A stretch of DNA of 64,000 nucleotides from a virus (lineage: Duplodnaviria; Caudoviricetes), in IMG/VR virus record IMGVR_UViG_3300037067_007554, positions 1 through 64,000 of that record; one strand, given 5' to 3'. The position numbers were made by a program, and so were the translations under genes. The notes under the pieces are model-generated. The model did no database searches. It was not told the DNA's origin and was given only the letters and a program-made list of their open reading frames with translations. Of this stretch, positions 1 to 9,209 are shown piece by piece; position 1 is the stretch's first letter, and each line of letters opens with the position of its first letter.

Positions 1-173
1 CCACCCTTACCCCAACTCCATGCGTTAGCCATAGGCCACCCCCTCTGTTGCTAACAGTCTAACACTTTCGGTCAACTAGAAAAATGTCCCAAATTGGTCC
101 ATTCCCCTCTAACGGGGCCTGTGGAAGAATGGGGGCGTCTGGGAAAATATGGGGAACCCAAGGAGCCAAAATC

Positions 174-785
174 ATGTTCTCACTCGTTCTTGCATCGTGT
201 CTCGCCGCTATCTCTGCGGACCCATCTCGATCGGCAACCCAAGACTTCCACCGTGCAACGTCCCACAAACTCGCCAATGCCATCGACACCTACCAAAAGG
301 CAATCGAGGCGGCCGAGCAGGCAAAGGTCGATGCTGGACATAGGTTGGTGGAGAGTTACGAGGCGTCAATCAAACGAGCCATGCGATCTGGGGACCTGAA
401 AACGGTGGATGAATTGCAGGCAGAGTTGAAACTGGTTCGGACGGAGACTGAGAAAGAGTCTGTGTCATCCGCACGGACCGCAAGCCAGAGTACGGTATCG
501 GAACTAAGGAAGACGATACTGGCGACACGTTGGTCCATTTTCTGGAATATGAAGAAAGAGCCGCGATCACCATGTACATTCTTTCCAGACGGAACGGCGA
601 TTTTTTCGGATTCTGGTACTAAGAGGACTTGGAAAATCGAATGGCGTCCAGCGTTGATAATTGACCCCATGACAGATAGAGGCCCAGAGGATGTTCTCTT
701 CTTCTTGAAGATTGGCGAGTTCCGCGGTTTCTTCGCTGGCGATGGTCGCCCCATGGGCGCATTTCCAATTCCTCGCTCGCCATGA
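174..785 (+). CDS. secreted/periplasmic hypothetical protein (signal peptide + coiled coil)
   Basis: AGGAG at 161-165 precedes ATG 174; N-terminus MFSLVLASCLAAISA is signal-like; coiled-coil A/E/K-rich middle; lone plus-strand gene converging on the late operon. Confidence 0.7.
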   Translation: MFSLVLASCLAAISADPSRSATQDFHRATSHKLANAIDTYQKAIEAAEQAKVDAGHRLVESYEASIKRAMRSGDLKTVDELQAELKLVRTETEKESVSSARTASQSTVSELRKTILATRWSIFWNMKKEPRSPCTFFPDGTAIFSDSGTKRTWKIEWRPALIIDPMTDRGPEDVLFFLKIGEFRGFFAGDGRPMGAFPIPRSP

Positions 786-802
786 CATAGCCGAACAAGC
801 CT

Positions 803-3226
803 CTACATCTTGGCAATGGAGTGCAATCCCTCACGTTCAAACATTTTCCACGTCTCCCGACTCTGGTCTGACGTAAACCTACCAAATCGTTCGATGTGGT
901 CTCCAGCAACGCAAAACGCCTCACTTTCGCTGAAGACTTCTGAAGGATGCCGTTCTACAGCGTAATAGGATTGGCCTAATTGCATCGCGTTCGGGTGTGC
1001 AAAAAAGGCGGCGTGTTGAAGCCAAAAGAAAGTACCAGAAAAATGCCATAAGCACGGCGGACGATCAGGTTCTGGATTGAAGTATCCGAATCTCCGAAGA
1101 CATCCAACGCATCCATAACTGTGAAGGAGTCGGTCCAACTTCGCAATCGGGATGCCTTCCAAAAGAAAACGATACATAAAATCTCGCCACCTACGCATAG
1201 CCATCTTTTTGCGACCCCATCCTGGAGCATGGTATTTCTCTGACACTCCCTTTGCGTGTGCGTAGAATGTCGCTTCAGAAAGACTGTAAGATCGCAAACT
1301 GGAAATTGCCGGCAGAAATGTCAGCGACTCCGACCGTTCTGGATGGTTCGGCGTAACAATCCATTCGATTTCGGAATCTCCAGGAAAGGCTTTTTGAACT
1401 TCCGAGATGGGCGACGTGCGATTGTCTGTAACGATTCCTACGATTCGTCGTCCGTTGAACAACTGCCAAGACTGGACAAGCCGATTGACATTTTCCTTCC
1501 ATTCTCGGTTGGATGCTACGGGATAAATGTGGTAAATCAGGTTGCGCGTTACCGCACGGGAGTGTAGTGGCTGTGAACTTTCCTGGGGAACAATACTGAC
1601 AATATCTGGAATCCACACAATAGCCCCGCTCGGATACTTTGCCAGCGTTGTACATACAAAGGCGAGGTCGCCAGCGTCCTGAGTTCCCCATGTGCCGAGC
1701 CGTTGTGGATCATTTGGCACGACAAACATCTGGGTACTCACATTGCCAACACGAACTGTCTTGTCGCGCCACAGTGTTGGCGCCCATCCTGGCCGTTCCA
1801 TCCGAAACAGCATTGGCCGTTTCGGATGTGCCTTTGCACCCCTGCGGATTCTGTCAAAGGCACCCGACGTATAGCGATCATCGTCGTCGATGAAAGCTAG
1901 ATATTCTCCACCAGCCTCTGCTATTCCGCGATTCCGCGGCGTTCCACCTATGTCCCCGTAGTGTCGGTCGAGACCAAGATACTTCCCAGGCAATCTCGAC
2001 TCCTCAAAAACGTGCCGAGTGGCTGCTTTCTCGGGTCCGTCCTGCACTAGGATGATTTCGTCGCCATCGGTAAGCTGCTGGCTGCGTATTGAATCCAGGG
2101 TCTGCTTCAGTGTCGGTCGCCCAATCGTCGGGATGATAATCGAAAGGGTCGGACCAGCGGAGTGGACATTGATCTGGGCATTTTCTGACTCCTTCTCGAA
2201 CCTGCATTTCTTAGGAAGTAATTCATCGAGCAGAGTTCGTAGATTGGACGTAAAGCCCGCCCCGTTGTAGCCCAGAAACCATCGACCCCCCAGACGACGA
2301 CGCATCTCCGAGGTAGGCAGTGCTCCCTCTATTGTTGCCTTATGCTCACCCAACGGTTGCGCATTGGCCTTAACCCAATTCAGATATAGAGTCCCGACGC
2401 ACAGCCCTGGCGGGCGCCTGTAGTCGGCCTCGTGACACACACGTACAAACGTCTTACGAAACATCGGCAGCGGGATATGCGTGTCTCCATGCCAGGTCGG
2501 GCGGCCATGGGCTGCCAAGACATTCCGCGTGTTCTCCATCCGTTTCCACCAGGTGGTCGTCCACCTCTTGCGTTCTGCCAAGTCTCCGCGGTGGTATGGA
2601 CCAAACTGCTTCCAGCCAACTGGACGCAACAAAACCTGGTCATCACTGAAGAAGACAAACCGATCGGATAACGGAGGATCAATGTGCGAGGAAACGCAAG
2701 CTACCAGCAACTTGCGGATGATGTTTACGTCCTTCATTCCGCACTTGTCGGGCATCGGCACATGGATCACCTGATCTGTGGCCACCCAAGACGGAAGGTG
2801 GCCAACGATCCATACCCGGCCTAGATTCTCGAAGTACGTGGCAACCGACCGCAACGAGTAACGCAACTCAGCATCATCGTGTTTACTACCCGTTCCGAGC
2901 GTGTAGACTACGTCGATCGTCTCGTTTTTCGGCTCCGACTTAAACTCACTGATCGGGAAAGCTGGTGTTCGTTGCACTTCTCCCGACAGCGGATCGAACT
3001 GCGGCGGGTCGGACGCATATCCAGGCTCCAGCCAGCCGACAGGAATCCACCGGCTATCCTGTTCACGCCATTCTTGCCAAAGTGCTTTCTGAACGGGAAC
3101 ATTGCCGGCTGCCGATCGCCGTGCTTTCCGCAGGGGAGGAGGTGGAACTGGTCTTCCATGCCCCACCCTTTCGGCCAATCGGCTGATGATCTTATCGAAG
3201 AGCGCCAACTCCAATTTGTCTGCCAT
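803..3226 (-). CDS. multidomain glycan enzyme: Stealth-like phosphotransferase + GT2 glycosyltransferase + C-terminal YAHAKG/FSGTFFW domain
   Basis: TIDVVYT..ELRYSLRSV and FFSDD (Stealth CR1/CR2-like); SIIIPTIGR..LAFIDDDD (GT2 DxD); start re-called at MADKLE (3226). Confidence 0.75.
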   Translation of the reverse strand: MADKLELALFDKIISRLAERVGHGRPVPPPPLRKARRSAAGNVPVQKALWQEWREQDSRWIPVGWLEPGYASDPPQFDPLSGEVQRTPAFPISEFKSEPKNETIDVVYTLGTGSKHDDAELRYSLRSVATYFENLGRVWIVGHLPSWVATDQVIHVPMPDKCGMKDVNIIRKLLVACVSSHIDPPLSDRFVFFSDDQVLLRPVGWKQFGPYHRGDLAERKRWTTTWWKRMENTRNVLAAHGRPTWHGDTHIPLPMFRKTFVRVCHEADYRRPPGLCVGTLYLNWVKANAQPLGEHKATIEGALPTSEMRRRLGGRWFLGYNGAGFTSNLRTLLDELLPKKCRFEKESENAQINVHSAGPTLSIIIPTIGRPTLKQTLDSIRSQQLTDGDEIILVQDGPEKAATRHVFEESRLPGKYLGLDRHYGDIGGTPRNRGIAEAGGEYLAFIDDDDRYTSGAFDRIRRGAKAHPKRPMLFRMERPGWAPTLWRDKTVRVGNVSTQMFVVPNDPQRLGTWGTQDAGDLAFVCTTLAKYPSGAIVWIPDIVSIVPQESSQPLHSRAVTRNLIYHIYPVASNREWKENVNRLVQSWQLFNGRRIVGIVTDNRTSPISEVQKAFPGDSEIEWIVTPNHPERSESLTFLPAISSLRSYSLSEATFYAHAKGVSEKYHAPGWGRKKMAMRRWRDFMYRFLLEGIPIAKLDRLLHSYGCVGCLRRFGYFNPEPDRPPCLWHFSGTFFWLQHAAFFAHPNAMQLGQSYYAVERHPSEVFSESEAFCVAGDHIERFGRFTSDQSRETWKMFEREGLHSIAKM

Positions 3227-3242
3227 GTTCACGGCTATTTCC

Positions 3243-4979
3243 TTAGTAAGACATACATGGAGTGGAAGCGATCTCGCCCAGGGCGCCGCCCACGGATGGC
3301 TTAAATGCCTTGCAGCCGTAGGGGCATTTTCCTGCAACATGCTGCCAGTCCGGCGTACCGCCTCCCTCCGGGAACATCCAGCACCACACCAAGAAGCCGT
3401 AACATCCAGCAGCAGACTGACAGTTGGTCGTCTCGATTTGCCCTTCGTAGGTCCCCGGAAAATTAGGCTCGACACAGATGCAACCCGAGTCGCAGAGGTC
3501 GATGGTTTTGGTCCAGTAGCCGGGCGTCCAAGACCAAGTACAGTAACCGCAAGTGCCACTGCTTGAGGCGTCGCAAAGCGACACGGTGGCTGTCCCAGTG
3601 GTATGAACGGACGGTTCGTAGGTTCCTAGCGGATTTTCCGGATCGGCCGTCTTTGTCCAGCACCAATCGGGTGAGTTGTAGTCCTCGATCCTGTAGGAAT
3701 TTACGGGGTCTCCCCTGTACTGCAATTGCCAGTAGTGCGTTCCATCCCAACGCCTGTAATAGCACCGGTACGGTTCAGCGTACCCGAGGAACGTGTATTG
3801 GCCCTTCGCCTCGGCCGGAGTGATGTCTCCGCTAACTTCGAGGCACGGCGCACATTCCTCGCTTCCGGACTCGTAGCACCATGTCGTTTCTACCTGACCT
3901 TCGTAGGTCCCATCAAAACTGGGTTGTTCGCATTCGCAATTGGAATCGCAGAGGTCGGTGTTCTTTTCCCAACTCCCCGGCGTCCAAGACCATGTGCAGT
4001 GACCGGTGCAGCCTCCGTCTGAAGACTCTTCTTGGCACAAGGAAACAAGAGCCACGCCCTCAGCATCCAATGCCGGAGAATAAACTCCGATGGGCGAGTC
4101 GGGACCGGCGGCCTTTTGCCAGTAATAATCTTCTAGTTCCCCATTAACAATCACCCAGACCTGCATTTCGTACCACCAACCGATCCACCAGTTTGTCCCA
4201 ATCTTTCTCCAAACACAGAAGCCGCGGCTGTTTAATCCACGAAGCACATACTTGCCGACGGCTTGTTCCGGAACAAGGTCTCCCGTGACCTCCAGGCAGT
4301 AGGGGCAATCGCCGGTCGATTCTTGCGACCAATCGGACTCGTCATAAGACTCCCATGTCGATTCGCTTGACTCGTCTGGACAGCACACGTAAATTCGCAC
4401 TTCGGGAGCATCGTCGATGGCAGTAATTAGACCATCAATGATCGTCAAGCGTTTTTGTGGGAAGTGGAGATGGTCGGCTACGCGGTGTGGATTGCAGACG
4501 ACGACATCCAGGTAGCCGTTATAGTTCTCTTCGCCAGCCGAAGAGCCGCCTTCGCTGCTGGTATCGCCGCTGGCGCTCTCGCTCCCTGATGAACTTTCAC
4601 TTCCAGAAGAACTCCCGCCAGAGGATTCGCCTTCGCTCGATTCTTCTCCTCCGCCCGTCTGGTAGTGGTTGTGCAGTGACCGCATCCACGTTCCGGCGCG
4701 TGCATCCTTTCGTGTCCACACGTATTGGAGTGTGTCGCCAGCAACGATGTCGGGAAGTTCCCCGCCCGTCTCCTGGACGTGGATGTCGAACGTTGGACCT
4801 CGCAGATTCACCCCAAATCTGTCGTCCATGTCCCGAGCTGCAACCCACCACTCGTCTCTACTCAGCCGATGGCTGTAGACCTCACGAACGTTGCCCATCG
4901 CCCTAGCCCAGCAGACGACGCCATGTGGTGACTCATCAAACGTCGGATTCTGGTTCGGTCCAAGCGTCAGGCCGGGCAT
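3243..4979 (-). CDS. Cys/Trp-rich repeat virion (tail) protein with Ser/Gly/Glu linker
   Basis: Follows the nozzle gene; duplicated CTWSWTPG..DLCDS.C.C modules; SSGGSSSGSESS linker; frame is open upstream to 5099, so the true start is uncertain. Confidence 0.65.
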   Translation of the reverse strand: MPGLTLGPNQNPTFDESPHGVVCWARAMGNVREVYSHRLSRDEWWVAARDMDDRFGVNLRGPTFDIHVQETGGELPDIVAGDTLQYVWTRKDARAGTWMRSLHNHYQTGGGEESSEGESSGGSSSGSESSSGSESASGDTSSEGGSSAGEENYNGYLDVVVCNPHRVADHLHFPQKRLTIIDGLITAIDDAPEVRIYVCCPDESSESTWESYDESDWSQESTGDCPYCLEVTGDLVPEQAVGKYVLRGLNSRGFCVWRKIGTNWWIGWWYEMQVWVIVNGELEDYYWQKAAGPDSPIGVYSPALDAEGVALVSLCQEESSDGGCTGHCTWSWTPGSWEKNTDLCDSNCECEQPSFDGTYEGQVETTWCYESGSEECAPCLEVSGDITPAEAKGQYTFLGYAEPYRCYYRRWDGTHYWQLQYRGDPVNSYRIEDYNSPDWCWTKTADPENPLGTYEPSVHTTGTATVSLCDASSSGTCGYCTWSWTPGYWTKTIDLCDSGCICVEPNFPGTYEGQIETTNCQSAAGCYGFLVWCWMFPEGGGTPDWQHVAGKCPYGCKAFKPSVGGALGEIASTPCMSY

Positions 4980-5123
4980 GTCTACTTCGCCACGGGTGGT
5001 CAGCTTTTGCGAGCAGTTGCCAAGGATGGTGCGAAGCACCTCCTTGAGTTGCTCAAGCGTCTGAGCACTGTCCAGGTTCTGAACTTGTTCCGTGTAGATA
5101 TGTCACCCCACTTTAGGATGCTG

Positions 5124-7514
5124 TTACGACATCCCTTCAATACCAAACTCGTAGACGCTGATTTCCTCTTCGGCCTGGAAAAAGTGCAACTCCGCCGCAA
5201 TCCAGTGTCGTCCCTGGACCCGCGGGGCGTTTCTAAAACGGAAGGGAAGGCGAGCATACCCTGGAGCATTGCCCAGGGCACTTTGGGTAGACTGAAGTTT
5301 AACCGCCGCCTTTCCATCTGCGTTGATAATCACGGGGCCATCCGTGACCCGCGCAAGAAGAGTCTCAACCGTGGTCTCGTGGTCTGGGTAGTAGTAGACA
5401 TCAACCCGCTGGTCCTCGACCGTTGGTTTGAACGTGAGCGTGATGGCCCGTTCGTCGCTCTGCTGTATCGACTGTTTGGACTCCGGCGAGAACGGAGGAA
5501 TCTCCCGGATGCCTGTCTTGTAGGTCGCTTCGATGGCTCCGATCAGATAGGTCGTTGTCGCGTCCGGCGTCGTGGTCCAATTATCAGCGACGGTCAAGGT
5601 GTGGCTACTCGCCGTAATGATCCGCCCAACCTGGCCGGCACCCGTGCCCAGGAGCAAAGCAACGGGTGCTCCGGCCAGGCTTGGGGAGAACGTCTTGCTG
5701 GAATCAACCATTGTGTTGGCGGTAGCTGAGGTAACGGTCCCCCGGATTGCGTAATGAAGGGCGTAACGGCTCGTCGTGTCCGGCGTTGTCTCCCAGACCG
5801 AAACAACAAACTGGGTAGATGAGCCAAGAGATAGAACCTCGCGAACCTGCCCAGCCCCTGTGCCACGAACGATAATTAGGTCGTAGCCAACCATCTCAGC
5901 CGTGAATGTGGCCCCAGAATCGCTCAGCGTCGTGCTGGTGGCTGCCGTGACGGACCCTTGCACAGAGACCCCATCGCTGTAGCCGTCGCTCAGAACGCAT
6001 ACACGGTCGTTCTGGCCGCCTACCAGGGTTCTCATCCGACCGAGGTGTTCTACTCGGCAGGCACCGGACATCATTTCTGGATAGGTTTCAATCCACCACG
6101 CCTTAGACCGAATCGAGTAGCAAAGAGCAGTCTTCGGCCGGATGCCAGTTTGCCCGGTCAAAGTTAGAAAGAACCGCACCACTTGCTGGACTGGCTCGAT
6201 GGCAACAAACCACCATTCCTTCTTGCCGAAGTCCACTTGCGGGTCTCGGAACACGTCCTGAATCTGGGGACCGATAACCTCAAACGTGCCATCTGCTGCG
6301 ATGGACCATGGACCGCAGGCGTCCAAAAGGTAGGCCGAATCCTCGAAGTATGCCCAGCATCGTTGGTTGATGCACCCGCGGGAAAAGCGAAGATGTACCC
6401 CGATGTCAACGGTCGGCTGCCTGACAAACGTAATCCCGTAGACATGCCGTTGTTTGAGACCCCAAAGCGTGGCCCCGTGAGGCATCAGGCCGGTCATGGA
6501 ATCGTTGTCGTCCGTGTTCTCCTGGATGACGAACACGTTTTGTGTGGCCGGTACACTCTCCGGTTCGTCCGGCTCGCTGTAAAGAACTGCGTTGTTCCAC
6601 TCTTTGGGGTCGGGGAAAATGGCATAGATTACACCAGTGACGCTGGCATCGGTGAACGCCTCCTCCAAGGTCATGCTGGTACCGCTCACGAACGTGTCGA
6701 TCGTGTATAGTTTGGACGACCCGGCAATCCAAATCTTTCGACCGGGATTGTCATCTTCCCAGTTCGTCGCAATACCGGTCAACGCTGTACTTCCGTTGGC
6801 GATGGTCACGTGACCAACCGTGTAGACGGATGGTACCGTGTAGAAGTAGCGGTCCTGAAACGGGACTACCACCCGCATAAAGTAGGGAGGCTCACCTTGC
6901 CGGCGGGCACAAAGCGTTCCATCGGAGTTGTAGATGTCCAACTGTTTATCTACAGCCATGACTCCCATGTGATCGTCGTCAAGGCCGTCCAGCAGATAGG
7001 TCGGTGTTCCAGTGTTTGCGATGGTCTTGATGAGGTAGAGTTTCGTGCTCTGGTCGCACGTCGATCGCCAGAGTTCGATGTGCGTCACTCTGGGATCGGA
7101 AACGGCACGCGGTCTTGGAATCACCGTCCAGTGGAAGTGTCCGTCGTCCTCGGCACTGACCACCGTAAGTTCCGAGAGTTCGGAGTAGGTATCGTGCGTT
7201 TCGTCCTTGTAGCGGATCGCACAGTAGTATTTCCCTTCGATGGTCCCAAGGTGATCCTCGTCGTCCTCAAGGTCGAATTCTTCGTCATAGTCCTCGTCCA
7301 TGTCTTCGGCAGTACCGCTCTGCCAACTCACCGTGGGTCCAGAGGTCGGTGCGGCGATTCCAAGGTAGTCGGGCGTGGTCTGAACGCCGTCCCAAATGGT
7401 TCCCTGGTTGATGCCGTCCTGGCGAATGAGCCTTTGGTCGCGGGTCTCGCACCAACAGGGCGGCCAAAGCGTTCGGACCCCTGTTTCTAGGGTAGGTGCT
7501 TCTCGGTCAATCAT
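5124..7514 (-). CDS. tail nozzle / packaged-DNA stabilisation protein (P22 gp10 / T7 gp12-like)
   Basis: About 800 aa, beta-rich, LYSEPDEPESVP motif, downstream of the adaptor; ATGA overlap with 7511-7708 fixes the start at 7514. Confidence 0.65.
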   Translation of the reverse strand: MIDREAPTLETGVRTLWPPCWCETRDQRLIRQDGINQGTIWDGVQTTPDYLGIAAPTSGPTVSWQSGTAEDMDEDYDEEFDLEDDEDHLGTIEGKYYCAIRYKDETHDTYSELSELTVVSAEDDGHFHWTVIPRPRAVSDPRVTHIELWRSTCDQSTKLYLIKTIANTGTPTYLLDGLDDDHMGVMAVDKQLDIYNSDGTLCARRQGEPPYFMRVVVPFQDRYFYTVPSVYTVGHVTIANGSTALTGIATNWEDDNPGRKIWIAGSSKLYTIDTFVSGTSMTLEEAFTDASVTGVIYAIFPDPKEWNNAVLYSEPDEPESVPATQNVFVIQENTDDNDSMTGLMPHGATLWGLKQRHVYGITFVRQPTVDIGVHLRFSRGCINQRCWAYFEDSAYLLDACGPWSIAADGTFEVIGPQIQDVFRDPQVDFGKKEWWFVAIEPVQQVVRFFLTLTGQTGIRPKTALCYSIRSKAWWIETYPEMMSGACRVEHLGRMRTLVGGQNDRVCVLSDGYSDGVSVQGSVTAATSTTLSDSGATFTAEMVGYDLIIVRGTGAGQVREVLSLGSSTQFVVSVWETTPDTTSRYALHYAIRGTVTSATANTMVDSSKTFSPSLAGAPVALLLGTGAGQVGRIITASSHTLTVADNWTTTPDATTTYLIGAIEATYKTGIREIPPFSPESKQSIQQSDERAITLTFKPTVEDQRVDVYYYPDHETTVETLLARVTDGPVIINADGKAAVKLQSTQSALGNAPGYARLPFRFRNAPRVQGRHWIAAELHFFQAEEEISVYEFGIEGMS

Positions 7515-7708
7515 TGGCTGGCCCTCGGCTTTTCCACCAGGATTTCCTTGATGATGAAAGTGGCGTGCTTCTTTTGGTCGCACGACGTGACATAGGGAGC
7601 ACAGCGATTGCCGGGCCGGCTGTGCGTATGTCCGCAAGCGGGACAGTCATACTCCACGGAGTTACCGTGTTTGATCCCAATGACGCAAGGTAGGAGTTCT
7701 TGGCTCAT
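7511..7708 (-). CDS. small Cys/His (CPACGH) hypothetical protein
   Basis: 4-nt overlaps with both neighbours; CxxC motif. Confidence 0.6.
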   Translation of the reverse strand: MSQELLPCVIGIKHGNSVEYDCPACGHTHSRPGNRCAPYVTSCDQKKHATFIIKEILVEKPRASQ

Positions 7709-7998
7709 GTCGGGTTCCTACCGTAGTGAACAGTCCCCTCGCTGTCCAGAAAGACGCAGTAGTCCGCCTCGGGACGCCTGAAGATCGTTAAGGCGATGAT
7801 GTCTGGCAGCGTCGTGATGTCGGCGACCGTACCGCCTCCCCGTGCCGTCGCGTTGTCAAGCCAGACTTCACGGCATCCGGCCCGGCCGGTTAGCTTGCCG
7901 GCTGAGAGCGACATGCAATTCTCCTGGACAGTCGCCCCAGGATTGTCGTGCGGGTCCGCATCGCTTATGAGGCCCATCCACTGAGGAGTGCTAGCCAT
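7705..7998 (-). CDS. small virion-associated hypothetical protein
   Basis: In-operon ORF directly after the adaptor; WMGLISDADPHDNPG motif. Confidence 0.65.
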   Translation of the reverse strand: MASTPQWMGLISDADPHDNPGATVQENCMSLSAGKLTGRAGCREVWLDNATARGGGTVADITTLPDIIALTIFRRPEADYCVFLDSEGTVHYGRNPT

Positions 7999-8000
7999 GC

Positions 8001-9206
8001 TTAATCTCCCGTCCAGGCGTCAGGAACCGGCGAGGTCATGGAAAGGGAGCCCGCAATCAGGCTCCACGCAGGATGGCTCCAAGGAGACGAAATCGTGGGT
8101 GTTGCAACGTATTGCTTGTCTCTCTCCCTTGCTTCCACCCGTGCTTTTATCAGAAACGCCGTCGTCTCCTGCAAACGCTCCCGGATGGACACGCGAGAGT
8201 ATTCGTGCTCGCACCAGCGCATAAACAGGTCGGCGAGATAGTCGGGTAGGTCCACCGGGTCGCTCAGACAATAGCCGGTTCCGATGGCCACACCCACCGT
8301 GTCAATCGAGTCGTCTACGGTCAGTGTCCCACCACTGACCGCCGTGACGATTCGCTGGTCCAGGTAGGGATTCCCGCCGGCCACGTCGGTCGGAACATTG
8401 GCGTTGCGGCTCAGTCGAACCACGGCGTTGACGCACTCCCGAGCGAATGTGTTGTCGGCAATGACGATGGTCGTCCCGGTGGCCGACGATACGGTACCTG
8501 CCGTCCAGGCCGTGGCATACCCGTCAATCAACAGCCGTCGCGGCTTCTTGGTGCAGAGGAAGTCCAGCGTCTCGGCTGCGTCGGGGTAGCCGGAGACCCG
8601 GATGGACATGCCGCCGTAGTAGTCGCTGTGCCCGGTCAGGGTCCAAAAAAACGGATGGCCGGCAGTAGTTAGCGTTCGTTCTCTAGCTAGCCATTCATCA
8701 GCAGGAATGTAACAACTGGATAGTGTTCCATCCTCGTCGTTGATCGCATGTATCCGATGCACTTCGGGCAAGGGATACTCAGACCGAAACAGGATGAACG
8801 TCGCTCCGGCCGCAACATCAGCACTGGGACAGTATGTGCTATCTAGGGTAATCACACTGTTCGACTTTCGGGCGGAGACCTTGTAGATGACCTCATCCGT
8901 ACCGATGAGGATGCGACCCTGGGCGGCCCATATAGGCCAGGTGCCGGTGGTCAGCGTCAGTTGGCGTTCGTAGGTCCCTCCGGTCAAGTCGAAGGCTACA
9001 GTGCCTGTTGTGTATGGAGCGTTCAGGATGATGCGTTGATCGTCGAGGAAATACCGCCATTTCCAGTCGAAAAACAGCGAACGGTACGCCGTGAGAATGG
9101 CACGTCTTGCCCGCCGGCATTCCGCCTCTTGGGGCATGGCTCCCGCCCAGTCTATGACATGCTCGATAATGTCCCGGAAGGTTCCGAGGTAATTTCCTTG
9201 CGACAT
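8001..9206 (-). CDS. head-tail adaptor (P22 gp4 / T7 gp11-like) with insertion domains
   Basis: N-terminal helix pattern ARRAILTAYRSLFFDWKWRYF, ..YPLP.., C-terminal DLPDYLADLFMRWCEHE; position between portal region and nozzle. Confidence 0.65.
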   Translation of the reverse strand: MSQGNYLGTFRDIIEHVIDWAGAMPQEAECRRARRAILTAYRSLFFDWKWRYFLDDQRIILNAPYTTGTVAFDLTGGTYERQLTLTTGTWPIWAAQGRILIGTDEVIYKVSARKSNSVITLDSTYCPSADVAAGATFILFRSEYPLPEVHRIHAINDEDGTLSSCYIPADEWLARERTLTTAGHPFFWTLTGHSDYYGGMSIRVSGYPDAAETLDFLCTKKPRRLLIDGYATAWTAGTVSSATGTTIVIADNTFARECVNAVVRLSRNANVPTDVAGGNPYLDQRIVTAVSGGTLTVDDSIDTVGVAIGTGYCLSDPVDLPDYLADLFMRWCEHEYSRVSIRERLQETTAFLIKARVEARERDKQYVATPTISSPWSHPAWSLIAGSLSMTSPVPDAWTGD

Positions 9207-9209
9207 ACT

